Shown here: positions 37,809 through 49,429 of the stretch, in pieces | Numbering within the stretch: position 1 is the first letter of the stretch | How the letters are laid out: each line of letters opens with the position of its first letter | From: Heteronotia binoei | Lineage: Eukaryota | NCBI RefSeq assembly: GCF_032191835.1 | Contig: NC_083226.1 | Location: forward strand, 80,228,001 to 80,292,000 | Length of the DNA: 64,000 nt | Direction of reading: 5' to 3' | Program-made: the position numbers and the translations under genes | Notes under the pieces: model-generated | The model's input: the letters and a program-made list of their open reading frames with translations, nothing else | What the model was told of the DNA's origin: nothing | The model's database searches: none

Positions 37809-40800
37809 GGTGCATCAAGGGGGTAAAGGCTAGATTCAGATCCTGGCTACCTGGAGAGTCAGAGCTATTTTGTGGTAGAGGCATTACTCAGTCCACCTTT
37901 CTTTTTGCCGCTAGAGGTGGAAGAGGATTGGGTTTCCCAAAAGGACTGTGTACTGCTATGTGAGCAAGATATATACAGAGACCAAGCCATGGAAAATAGC
38001 TAACCACAATTAGCAGGGGGCCCAGAGGATATAGAATGCATGCATATTTGGTCAAAGTGTTCAGATAGGTGCTCCAAAGTCTGGAATATCTCCAAAAGAA
38101 CAGCTGAATTATTTGGCAATTGGCCACAGTTGGAGGAGTCCTTGAATGCTGTTGTTTGGAGGTTGCCATGGTAGGGCCCACAGGGTCTTTGCCTGATCTG
38201 CAGGGTCATGGATGGTTCCATTGTGCTGGAGAGAGCTTCCTGAGAAGACCCTTTGGTAAGCTTAGTATTAGTTGGTACTCTGTTCTGCTTGGCTTTGTTG
38301 TCCCCTTTTTGGATGGCCCTGCCTGAGGGCCCATTTTCGCTTGCCTGAGTTCATGGATCACTTGGGAAGCATAGCATACTAAACACAAGAGGTATATCAG
38401 CTGCTGGCTGGTGCCACATGGTGGAAACAGAGCCTCAGTGGAGATGGAGGCAGCTGCAAGCCAGCAAAAAGCTGGTGAATTGCTGTCTAAACTTCATCAA
38501 TGCCTGCTGTCTGAGCAGACCTTATTATATCCCACATGGACAGCAAAAAACCCAGAGTTGAAAGCAGAAGCCAGAGAAAACAGCAAAAGCAGGAGAGAAA
38601 ACTAGGAGATATTTTACACATTTCTCCCACAGCAGTGCTTTAAATAGCTGCAGAATGAATGGGCATGGCTCTTGCATTATACCCCATTGCGAGACAAGCC
38701 ATACTTTGGGTGCCTGTTTTTTTCCACATTGCACAGCTATTATGATAAGTTTCAATACTGTAACAGTTAAAATTATTTTCTTAAAAATAAACTATTTTAT
38801 AGATTCCCAACTCCATTATGCTTTAAAAGATGATGGGTCAATTTGACCCCATTTACATTACATTTTTTCAAGAGTGGATATTTTTGACCCCCAATTCCAA
38901 ATTTTACTCTTCTTTGTCATGTATTTCTGAAGAAAGTTATTCTTGAGGCCTGTTTTTTTTTTTCTTTAGTGGCTAAAGCCATGATTGAGAGAGCTATCAG
39001 GTTTCCATTACCTTTTGCTGTAATATGGGATCACTTTGACCCCACTGACAAAAGTACTATAGTCTTTTTCTTTCTCCTTAGAAGCATCAAGAGTCAGCTT
39101 CTAATCAATTCTGTTTTGACTAATGAGAAATTTGAAGATGGAAGGGGCAGGAGGGGGGATGAAATTTTTCTGAATTTCACTGTGTAAATACTCAGAGGAA
39201 GATATCTTCCCAAACCTTCTATCCTGCTACTAAAGTACAACCCTATGGGGTGTAACATAAAACAACTGCAAAAGCTAAAGTTATAAGAGAGTACATTGAT
39301 ATCTCTTCAAAGAGAAGTAAAAGAAAAATTCCTTTTTTTTAAGAGGAAAAAAGAGGGGAAAAAGAGGTAATGGATATATTTGAAAAAAAGGAAATCTCAG
39401 GGAGGGGAAAGAAATTCTCCTCCTCATAACAACTCTAGTATTAAAGCAGGTTTTGGAAGATCTACTATGGAGCCAGGGAAAATTTAAGGGGGGTGGGGGT
39501 GGGATGAGGCAACAATGTCAAGTAGAAGGCCCAAAAGAACTACTTCAGTTTACAAAGCAAAGAAAAGCAAAATGACCTTTGTCTCCCCCTGACAACCTTT
39601 GATGTTGCTACAGAAGAGAGCCTGAGCAAATCCTGGCATGAGATGAGGGTCAGGTAAAGATTACTTCCTATTATTTTTTGTAGTAATTCATAAGAGAAAA
39701 ACACAAAGCAACTAGTTGACAGCACCACAGTTAATATGCTTGATTTGTATAATTAGCAAGCAGGTTGCATAATTTGTATCCCCCTCCTGAGGTGGTAAAC
39801 AGGACCTTAATAACAAGGAGAAGAAAGAGGACAGAAAGCCATAGACTTGCATCGCTCTTACAGTTCCATGTCCAAAACAAGAGCAGGAAACCAGTCTAGA
39901 TTAGGAAACTCATTACCACATAAAATACAAACCCGTTAACTCACTCTACTTAGAGAATAATACAACATCTACATTTCCCCTTAAGTCTTTTTATAATGGT
40001 ATCTTATTCATACAAAATGATTCTTGTATTCAATCATAATAATTGGGAAAACTAAAAAACCTGAACAAACCTCCCTAGGCTGCTGCTTGTCAGGAATCAT
40101 AAAACAGAAAGACGTATCTTAGTTATTTTTAACTTGCAGACAGCAAATCAGATCTTATTTTGGCAGAAGCTAACTGTGCTCATATATAACACTATGAACA
40201 TTATACAGAAAAATGCATGATTAGAGTCAATGTGTGCCAAAGGGGATTTAATATATATATTTTTTCCCTGAGAGTGAGGCCGTGCCTTCTCTTTGCTTCT
40301 TTTTATCACCAACTAGTTCAGAAACTTCCAATGTACTTTGCAGTGTGGCACAGGGGAAGGACTGAAAGGGGCAATTCTTCTTCAGAAACAAACAGGAATA
40401 GACCTCTACAGAATGCATATAGGTATCTGTCCTTATGCCAAAATGAAATTTCTGATTTTGGCTTGTGTGTCTATTTCCTTACCATCTGAAAGAATCATCA
40501 GTTGACACATGTAGGTTAAGGAAGCAGAGAGGTCTGACTTCCTCAGCCAACCCTTACTTTATTTATACATTCTGTCTTGAAGCTACATATTTGCTTAGTA
40601 CATAGTGTTTAAACAAAAAACAGGATACATCTGTTCAAGGGGGACAGACCATTGTTTACAGGATTCAATACAGTCATCAATTTGTCAATACTGCAAGGGT
40701 CAGCATAAAGAGTGAGAATGTGGTTGAACACGGATGTGAGATGCCTGTGCCCTTTTGACTCTTCAGACACAATGCGGAATATGGGAGCTCCAGGCTGGTA

Positions 40801-41060
40801 TGCCAGGCACATGGTTGCACCAAGTTCCTGTTTGTGGTCTTTGTGAGACCTGAAAACCAAGCAGTTTCTTGGGGCAGGATTCCCACATGCCACTCTTTTT
40901 TATTTTCTTTCAGGCTATCTACACACTTGTGTTCACCCCAACTACTTTGTTCATAGATGATAGGTGATAATATAGTAAGGCGTTTTTACAGCCTGATCAT
41001 AGATAAGCATTTATGATATAACATCATTTGTTTTATAACCTCAAGACTCTTTAAAGGACT

Positions 41061-42715
41061 CTCTCTCTCTCTCTCGGCTTGGCTTCGCGAACGAAGATTT
41101 AAGAAGGGTGCAATAGCCCACGTTTGCTGCAGGCTCGCTGGTGGCTGACAAGACCAATGTGGGACAGGCAGGTCCGGCCACAGCGGCTGCAGGGAAAAGT
41201 CTGATTTGGGGTTGGTGCTGTAGCAGTGCGATTCTTCCTCAATCTCCTTTTGTCCTCAAGACCAGCTATGCGTGCGTTCTCAAAGGAAGAGACAGCCTGG
41301 TGGATGGTGTGCCTCCATGCTTTGCGATCTGAGGCTAGGTCAGACCACTGGTGATGGTTGATGTGACAGGTGCTAAGGGATTTCTTCAAGGAGTCCTTGT
41401 ACCTCTTCTTTGGTGCCCCTCTATTTCGATGGCCGGTGGAGAGTTCGCCATACAGGGCAATCTTGGGAAGGCGGTGGTTTTCCATCCTAGAAATATGCCC
41501 TGCCCAGCGCAGCTGCGTCTTCAACAGCAGTGCCTCGATGCTGGTAACCTCCGCCCTCTTGAGGACTTCAGTGTTGGTCACAAAGTCACTCCAGTGGATG
41601 TTGAGGATGGTGCGAAGGCAGCGCTGATGAAAGCGCTCAAGGAGTCGCAGGTGATGACGGTATAAAACCCACGATTCGGAGCCGTAGATGAGGGTTGTCA
41701 TCACAACCGCTTTGTAAACATTGATCTTTGTGCCTTTTTTCAGATGCTTGTTGCTCCACACTCTTTTGTGCAGTCGGCCAAAGGCACGGTTTGCCTTTGC
41801 CAGCCTGTTGTCAATCTCCTTGTCGATCTTGGCATCTGAGGAGATGATGCACCCCAGGTAGCTGAACTGCTGGACGGTCTTCAGAACTGATTCACCCACA
41901 GTGATGCAGGGAGGGTGATAATCTTCCTGGGGTGCAGGCTGGTGGAGAACTTCTGTCTTCTTCAGACTAACTTCTAGGCCAAATAGCTTGGCAGCCTCTG
42001 CAAAGCAGGACGTCATATGCTGCAGAGCTGATGCCGAGTGGGAGACGAGTGCAGCATCATCAGCAAACAGTAGCTCTCGGATAAGTTTTTCCATTGTCTT
42101 GGAGTGTGCCTTTAGTCGCCTCAGGTTGAACAGGCTGCCATCGGTGCGATAGCGGATGTATAAACCATCGTCATCATCTAGATCTACTGCGGCTCTTTGA
42201 AGCATCATGCTAAAGAAGATCGTAAAGAGAGTTGGCGCGAGAACGCAGCCTTGCTTTACACCTGTGCCTATTGGGAAGGGCTCCGAGAGGTCGTTGCAGT
42301 GTCTGACTTGGCCTCGCTGGTCTTCGTGTAGCTGGATGATCATGCTGAGGAACCTTGGGGGACATCCTAAACGTTCCAAGATTTGCCACAGGCCTTTCCT
42401 GCTAACGGTATCGAAAGCTTTGGTAAGGTCGACAAAAGTCACATACAGAGCCTTGTTCTGTTCCCTGCATTTCTCTTGGAGCTGCCTGAGAACAAATACC
42501 ATGTCGGTGGTGCTCCTGTTAGCTCTGAAGCCGCACTGGCTCTCTGGGAGGAGTTCTTCTGCAATGGTGGGCACCAGTCTGTTCAGGAGTATTCTGGCAA
42601 GGATTTTGCCTGCGATGGAGAGCAGGGTTATCCCCCGGTAGTTGGAGCAGTCTGACTTTTCCCCTTTGTTCTTGTATAGGGTGATGATGATTGCATCGCG
42701 AAAGTCCTGTGGTAT
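41061..42715 (-). mobile_element. RTE-clade LINE, 5'-truncated, young
   Basis: About 540 codons open: NYRGITLLS, QCGFR, FVDLTKAFD, GVKQGCVLAP, LFADD, and C-terminal CxxC...HxxxC. (GA)n tail; possible 6-bp TSD aggact (41055-41060 / 42716-42721). Confidence 0.92.
41099..42715 (-). CDS. RTE reverse transcriptase + C-terminal zinc finger (truncated ORF)
   Basis: As above. The first ~54 codons of the tracked ORF (42716-42877) are flanking DNA. Confidence 0.85.
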   Translation of the reverse strand: MPQDFRDAIIITLYKNKGEKSDCSNYRGITLLSIAGKILARILLNRLVPTIAEELLPESQCGFRANRSTTDMVFVLRQLQEKCREQNKALYVTFVDLTKAFDTVSRKGLWQILERLGCPPRFLSMIIQLHEDQRGQVRHCNDLSEPFPIGTGVKQGCVLAPTLFTIFFSMMLQRAAVDLDDDDGLYIRYRTDGSLFNLRRLKAHSKTMEKLIRELLFADDAALVSHSASALQHMTSCFAEAAKLFGLEVSLKKTEVLHQPAPQEDYHPPCITVGESVLKTVQQFSYLGCIISSDAKIDKEIDNRLAKANRAFGRLHKRVWSNKHLKKGTKINVYKAVVMTTLIYGSESWVLYRHHLRLLERFHQRCLRTILNIHWSDFVTNTEVLKRAEVTSIEALLLKTQLRWAGHISRMENHRLPKIALYGELSTGHRNRGAPKKRYKDSLKKSLSTCHINHHQWSDLASDRKAWRHTIHQAVSSFENARIAGLEDKRRLRKNRTATAPTPNQTFPCSRCGRTCLSHIGLVSHQRACSKRGLLHPS

Positions 42716-44999
42716 AGGACTAGCCCTAATTGGATATACATGGGATGTATGCAAGTAACATGCTATAGATTGAAACAATTCATGTGCCTTTATGGCAAGC
42801 AACTTATTGTGGCCTAGGTGATTAAGATACACACATTCAGACATAGGTGAGAACATGGCCAAAGATGGGCAGTCCATATTGGCTATATTAACAATAGAAA
42901 AACCATTTTACTGTTCATTTCTTGTTCCCCTCCTCCCTTAGTCTAACAAAAGGTCTTCTTTCTTGAGTTCATGGAGAGTTTGCGTGCTTTATGCATGACA
43001 ATCTTTTCACAGGGAAATCTGTTTCTATTGCAGCCAAAAGGAATTCTTTTTATTTGGAAGTACAACTTGGAAGTGGCAGTGCTGTGATCAGCTGCTATTG
43101 TGATCAGCTGGGGCAACCAGCCTTTTGCTAGGCAGAGGAATGTCCCTGGAAATAAGTTTTCTCCATAACTCAGTTTGGATGGGGTTTTGGGGGAGGCCTT
43201 CCTTCCAACATCAATGAGGCATGACCAGTCAAATTTCAGGACCTCTGGGTATATATGGAAGAGCCTGGAAAACATACTTGGAGAAACAAACAAACAAAAC
43301 AATAATAGGTGCTTTTTTCCTTTTAAAGCTTTTCTTGGCTGTCCACAAATTGCCATAACTTGAGCTCAACCCTGTTGAGATAGGGCTGCACACATTAGAT
43401 AAATTACCACACTTGTTTTTGGACTGGAGACTTCTTCCTCCTCATATGGAGTCTTAGTTTGACAAGGTCTCTATCCTTCCAATGTTAAAGGGCAAATTTT
43501 GTACACCATACATTATGCAGAATACAAATCCACAATATAAACCTATGCATCACTTCTCATGATTCAGGCTAGTGTACATCCATATAGAAAGCATGCACCT
43601 AGAGATTCATGAGAGGCTTTTTACTTTGTTGCAACGGATACGAATTTTAAAAAAGAAAACATGAAATTGTGCACAAGATTGGAACTTCAAAAAGAGATTA
43701 CCAGAGTTGGAATTACCCCTGGATTATGAAAATGGTCACAAAAAAGGAAAGAAAAACTCTTGCTATAGCTTTGGAACATATGAAATGGTCAAAAATAAGA
43801 AAAACTTCAAAAACAAATAAAACAAAACTGAGTCCTCAATAGAACACTGCCAGCTTTAACATAAATGTATACGAGGGATCAGATTCAAAATGATTAGGGA
43901 ACTGGATCAGAGAATTTAAACCATTTTTCTCTGTGCCAGTTCATCCAAAATTTGTTCTGTGGGTCTCACATAGGTGTGAGAGTGGGTTTCAACAAACTTT
44001 AACAACAAAATCCTAAAAGCAAATTCTAGTTAATATACCTTGACAAACACACAAAACAATTCTTAAATCTATTTATAATAAGCATGCAATATATATGTAA
44101 ACTTAGGAGAAAACCTAGTAAGGAGCTTGCACAGCCAAGGAGATGTGTGGGGCAGTGCAGAGATATAATTCAAAACTGATGCATAAAGCAGGGTGCTAAA
44201 ACATGCACCTTGATGAAGAAGGCTGAAATAATGGAAAAGCTGAAACTTCATAAAATAAAATAGATAAGCATATAGATGCCTCTTTCCACAGGTAAGAGGT
44301 TCACCAAATAGCTAAATAGGAAGATTGATATGTACAGTTCATAGATGGAACATAACTATTAAATGACATTAAGAGAGCAAATGAAGATATATGTTTGAGG
44401 AATGCAGAACATTATTAAAGTCCAGATTTCTAATGAAGACTAAGAGTTTTCAGGAATTCTGCCTAGTGAATTACCAGCAAACCTAGAAAAGTTATTTTTA
44501 TGAGAAACATAACACTGAGAATAATTGGGTCACTGATAAAACAAAGTATTAGTTTCTCAAGACTTAAGAGAGAAGATGCACAGTGAGAGGGTAGTTTTAT
44601 CCAAGAAAGGGTACAGATGTTCTTCTATAACACATGCTATAAATTAAAATGAAAAAATGTCTTGTAGGAACCAAAATTTGTGAGGTAGAATTTTAAAACA
44701 ACAACAAAAGGAATTTTCAGATTTAAATGAATGAAAAATTGGGAAGATAGAAAACTGTGTTAAATGTAAAACTAATAGCCTTGACAGGAGACAAAAGACA
44801 TAAATACAAACAATAGAGACTAGTCATGGATTTCATTGTGAGCTGCAAAAACAGCAGCCACCAAATGCTCTGGAGATGGCTCTTGCCCAGCCTCTTCCAG
44901 CGTTTGTTGAGCTGGATTAGTTAGACGTTTCACATCCCCCCATGTGATTTGGTTGTGTAGGCGTCGCACAATCTCTCATTTGAGGCTGAGATTGAAATT

Positions 45000-45625
45000 G
45001 AAATTTGGGAATCAGATTTGTAAGACCCTGATGCCATGCCATCTTTAGCCGAGCAAATACAAGTGCCAGAACCCACAAAAGACCTGCAAGAGAAAACACA
45101 GCAGTGTGCCTGCACCCCTGTAAAGGGAGCTGGACCATGCCAAGTTAATAAGCCCAAAGTTCAAATTCAATTGTTCCTGAACCTGCATTTGGGTAGCAAG
45201 CCTCATTTTCACTCCTTGTAATTGTTTTTGAAGAGTGGCTTTCAATGTCTGATTAGCATGTTCCACAATAGCTTGACCTGTGGAATTTTAAAGAATACCA
45301 GGACTGAGACTGAGGTCTCATTGAATACAATTTTTTTTTGAAACCAGCAGAACACTAGGCAGGGCCATTGTCTGTCCTGAGTTTTTGAGGTTTGCCCAGG
45401 ACAGGGATGGCAGCAATTAAGTGAGCAATGACATGAGTAGCAGACTCCCCTCTTTGAGGAGTGGCCCACTATCACAAAGGCAGAAATAAGGTGAGCCATG
45501 ACATGTTTTGTGGCTGCACCACAGTGAGCAGTAGCCTAAAGATATTTAGAGTACATGTCTATGCAAATATGGAGGCAGTATCAGGGTTTCAGGGAAACTA
45601 TATGGTTAATATCCATTTGTCAAAG
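45000..45625 (-). pseudogene. endogenous retrovirus class II (betaretrovirus-like) integrase remnant
   Basis: Translation gives (W)QMDINH...HICIDMYS...KHVMAHLISAF...RTDNGPA*...GIL*NSTGQAIVEHANQTLK...QEQLN...WHGPAP, with several stops. Confidence 0.85.
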
Positions 45626-46021
45626 TTTGTTAGGGAGCACTTTCCCTATGAGGAAAGGTTAAAACACTTGAGGCTCTTTGGCTTGGAGAAACAATGACTG
45701 CAGGTTGACATGATAAAGGTTTACAAGATTATGCATGGGATGGAGAAAGCAGAGAAAGAAATACTTTTCTCCCTTTCTCACAATACAAAAACTTGTGAGC
45801 ATTCAATGAAATTGCTGAGCAGTCAGGTTAAAACACATAAAAGGAAGTACTTCTTCACCCAAAGGGTGATTAACATGTGGAATTCACTGCTACAGGAGGT
45901 GGTGGCAGCTACAAGCATAGCCAGTCCTAAGAGGGGACTAGATAAAAATATAGAGCAGAGGTCCATTAGTTGCTATTAGCCACAGTATATATAAACCTAT
46001 ATATGTGCATGTGTGTGCATA

Positions 46022-46287
46022 GAAGAAGACATTGGATCTATATTCTGTCCTCCACTCAAGAGTCTTAGAGCAGTTCACAATCTTCTTTATCTCCCTCCCT
46101 CACAACAGACACCCTGTGAGGTGGGTGGGGCTGAGAGAGCACTGACAGAAACTGCTCTTAACCAGAACAACCTCTGAGAGGGCTATGACCGCCCAAGGTT
46201 ACTCCAGCAGTTGTAAGTGGAGGAGTGGGGAATCAGACCTGGCTCTTTCAGATAAGAGTCTGCACACTTAACCACTACACCAAACTG
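46022..46287 (-). mobile_element. Squam2-type SINE
   Basis: Reverse complement of the 4210-type SINE. Confidence 0.75.
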
Positions 46288-46343
46288 ACACATATATTGG
46301 TCACTAGATGACACAGAGTGCTGGACTGGATGGGCTGTTGGCC

Positions 46344-46934
46344 TGTTAGAGACAATCTGTCCGCCTCCCCTGGCCCCTCCAGGAGATGCAAAGAAAAAGA
46401 GCTGTCAGTCGGGAGTCTCCTTTAAAGTATACAACTTTATTGATATCAAGAAAGAGGGGAGTCGCTTTTCAACGAGTTCCCTGATCAGTTCCATACATAC
46501 CCTTTTATCCTTTACTCCTGGCCGATGAGTCTCCTCCTCCTTTCCCCATAGGCTGAGGTACTTAGAGGGTACAGGCTACCCGGCACGCCTACTTCACCCC
46601 CTCCTTGACATGTACCCCTCCCGTTACATACATTGCATGTGCATTTAAATTTACCCTTCCCCGAGGTGGGGTGTGTCAGTTAATATTCATTACTTGATTA
46701 CGCCTGCGTACTTGCTACTTATTAGTCTCTATTGCTATTAATCTTTACTGTTGCCATGGCTTGTTCAGCCGTGTTATTTCTTTTCGGCTTTCTGCGTTTT
46801 AACAATGGCTACTACACCTGTGCTATGGTTACTAAATGTTTGTACCTGGTTCTGCTCCTTGCGCCTTAACAATCACTAAGATATTATATTTGGTTCCTCC
46901 TGTTTCAGCTCATTTCATTATTTCACTCCTCTCA
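46344..46934 (-). mobile_element. solo LTR, 591 bp, 4-bp TSD
   Basis: TG...CA ends, GGCC at 46340-46343 and 46935-46938, and AATAAA on the minus strand (~46436-46441). The flanks rejoin into a CR1 tail. Confidence 0.8.
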
Positions 46935-47299
46935 GGCCTGATCCAACACAGCCGCTCTTATGTTAGTTTGCAAACTACACAGTTTAACAGCATAAACAGA
47001 GAAATAACATCTTTCAAAATCTTATCCGCAAATGCGAGCAATCACACCAGGAAGATTAAAATTGCTTTTACTATGAGTAACAGAAAATAGGTAACTCACA
47101 ACAAAAAATTAAAAACTGCAAGATTAAAAATATAGTCAATCAAATTAAGGTCAATTTGGGAAAATACATGCACAAGGAAGTTGATGAATCAAATTAAGTG
47201 CATATAAGGTGTCTTATTAAGTTGAAAGCCTGTGTGAATAGTAACAATTTCAGCCTGCTGCACTGAGCAATGTTGCAAAGTAAAAGTGTGTCTTTTACA

Positions 47300-47462
47300 C
47301 TTTCTCCCCCAGCAAATTGAGTACTCATTTGACCAACTTCAGAAGAGTGGAGGGCTGAGTAACCCTGAGGCAGCTACCTGAATCCAGCTTCCACCAGTAT
47401 CAAACTCAAGTCGTAAGCAGAGCTCAAGACTGCAGTACTGCAGCTTTAACACTCTGCACCGC
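47300..47462 (-). mobile_element. Sauria-type SINE, partial
   Basis: Similar to 3950-4113. Confidence 0.65.
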
Positions 47463-49029
47463 TTCATCCTCCCAAGGTATTTTTCCATCTTATAATAACT
47501 GTGAAACTACTCTGAAAACTCTGTAACATTACACATACCTGAGATGCCTTCATGGCCATAATTGGAGGGACTAGAAATCTGTAATTCAGATGCAGTACAT
47601 GATATACCTCATGGCATGAAATTAAGGAATCTCTTTGACATATCCAGTATCTCTACCCACTTTTGTGTTCAAAAGAGCATTAAAAAGTCACCATGAAAAC
47701 ACACAAAAGAGACTGAAGCTGTCCCCCAGTAATCTTATATGGGAAATCTACTGAAGAACTGATATCTTTATAGGATGAATAGAATACTGATATTCTGAAT
47801 TTGCTCACAGTAGTGAGCACAGTTCTTGTTATTCTTTCATGTTAAAAAGGCATCTGTTCCCATATTTTGATTGCTGAATAATTTATAGATATACAGACAG
47901 TAGCACATAAACACATTGAATTAGTAATTGAACAGAAAAGCAAAAAATTTGTCTGGCAAAATATTTTGTAATATATGCCTGATACTATAGTTATGTCCAT
48001 TCTTACTGAAAATGGCTGTTATTAAAGACATTTTTATTACAGTCATAGGAATGGGAAGTGTTAAACAGTGATTTTAAAAGCCTGGCAGATAGCCATTAGC
48101 CCACTCACCTGGAATTTAATAAATTTGTCTGGGTATGTCATTTGCCAGATGTACTGCCATATGACCAATTGGTGCATCCAGGCAGAAAAGCTGATGCATT
48201 TTTATAATATTTTGCAAGGCTGATTTGGATGTTGTCAGCTTTAAATGCTGCTGATGCTATTGCAAAGTAAAGGAATGTGTTACGAAGATTCCAAATAAAG
48301 TGGTCATTATCTATATTATATTGCACTCTTAAGAAAAGAGCCTATCAATGAGCAATACATGCAGCTGGAAAGTAGGTAAGCAAAATCAGAGAGTTTAATG
48401 CTTCCTGAGCACTAGCTTCCTTCTTGAGGTTACACCATTTTAAAACAGATTATCTGTACTGCTTTTATGTTAAGTGCTCTCCCATAAGCATTTTGGTCTC
48501 AGCAGAGATGCTTTCCTGTTCAGCCCAAAGATAAAGAGCCATAGCTCTGTCCTCCCTATGAGACTATGTCTTCATTTTATGAAAAACAACTGCAGATGGA
48601 GAAAAGTGAGGTGAACGAAAAACTGGTAGAAAACTGTTTTACTGTGAAGAGTTGTGTTCTTGATTGTATATTATTCTGACCAAGGAAGTGCTCCATTTCT
48701 AAAAAGAGAAAGTCATGTCAATGTATAAAACCCCAATTCTAAGCATATTGGTTGGGGAAAAATATATATTTGTTTAGCAGTGAGAAGATTGAATTCTGTG
48801 TATGTTCTAATGCACTTTTCTTTGCATATTATGGAGCTTTTCCTAGGACAGAAAACAAATTCTACTCAAGGGGCATCTCTAGTAAGGCAAACAAAGTTTG
48901 AGTCCAGTGGCACTATTAAGACCAACAAAGTTTTATTCAAGGCATGAGTTTACATCATTATTCTAATCTACTATTCCAAATAAGAAATACACTAAAATAA
49001 AGAGGATGCATAGATTTTTTTTTGGGGGG

Positions 49030-49310
49030 GGGGAGCGAGCCTCGTGACACAGAGTGGTAAAACTGCAGTACTGCAGTCAGAGTTCTCTGCTCATGACCTG
49101 AGTTCATTAGCCGGCTCAAGGTTAACTCAGCCTTCCATCCTTCTGAGGTCAGTAAGATGAGTACCCAGCTCGCTGGGGGAGCAGTATAGATGACTGGGGA
49201 AGGCAATGGCAAACCACCCCATAAAAGTCTGCCATGAAAATGTCATGATGCAATGTCACCCCAGAGTCAGAAATGACTGGTGCTTGCACAGGGGACTACC
49301 TTTACCTTTT
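49030..49310 (+). mobile_element. Sauria (Squam1)-type SINE
   Basis: Closely similar to 19905-20202; tail acctttacctttt. Confidence 0.85.
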
Positions 49311-49429
49311 TATAGACCTTTTTGGAGGAAATACAAATGTAAGGACTGAATGGATTTAGCATATGTAGTGAACTGAGAACAAATATCCCTATTAAGTCCT
49401 GAGAGCAGGGGAGTTGTTCTGAGTGTTGT

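Larger units (their letters stand above)
45631..46965 (+). mobile_element. CR1 3' end split by a SINE and a solo LTR
   Basis: CR1 ORF2 end at 45631-45985 (YEERLKHLRLFGLEK...IKVYKIMHG). The 3' UTR continues ...ggactggatgggctgttggcc (to 46343) | tgatccaacacagccgctcttatgtt (from 46939). Confidence 0.8.

Noticed and set aside
40609-40893. Protein-like 94-aa ORF as a host exon
   Set aside because: LAYQPGAPIFR…ILTLYAD…LNP loosely follows the L1 RT pattern (LAIEPLA…ISLYADD…). It is more likely an ancient L1 remnant, but too weak to call.
42716-42877. N-terminal 54 aa of the 592-aa RTE ORF
   Set aside because: It lies outside the element's 5' truncation point and candidate TSD, so it is a chance open frame in the flank.
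43650-44800. Possible old L1 ORF2 fragment in A-rich DNA
   Set aside because: No motif could be read convincingly.
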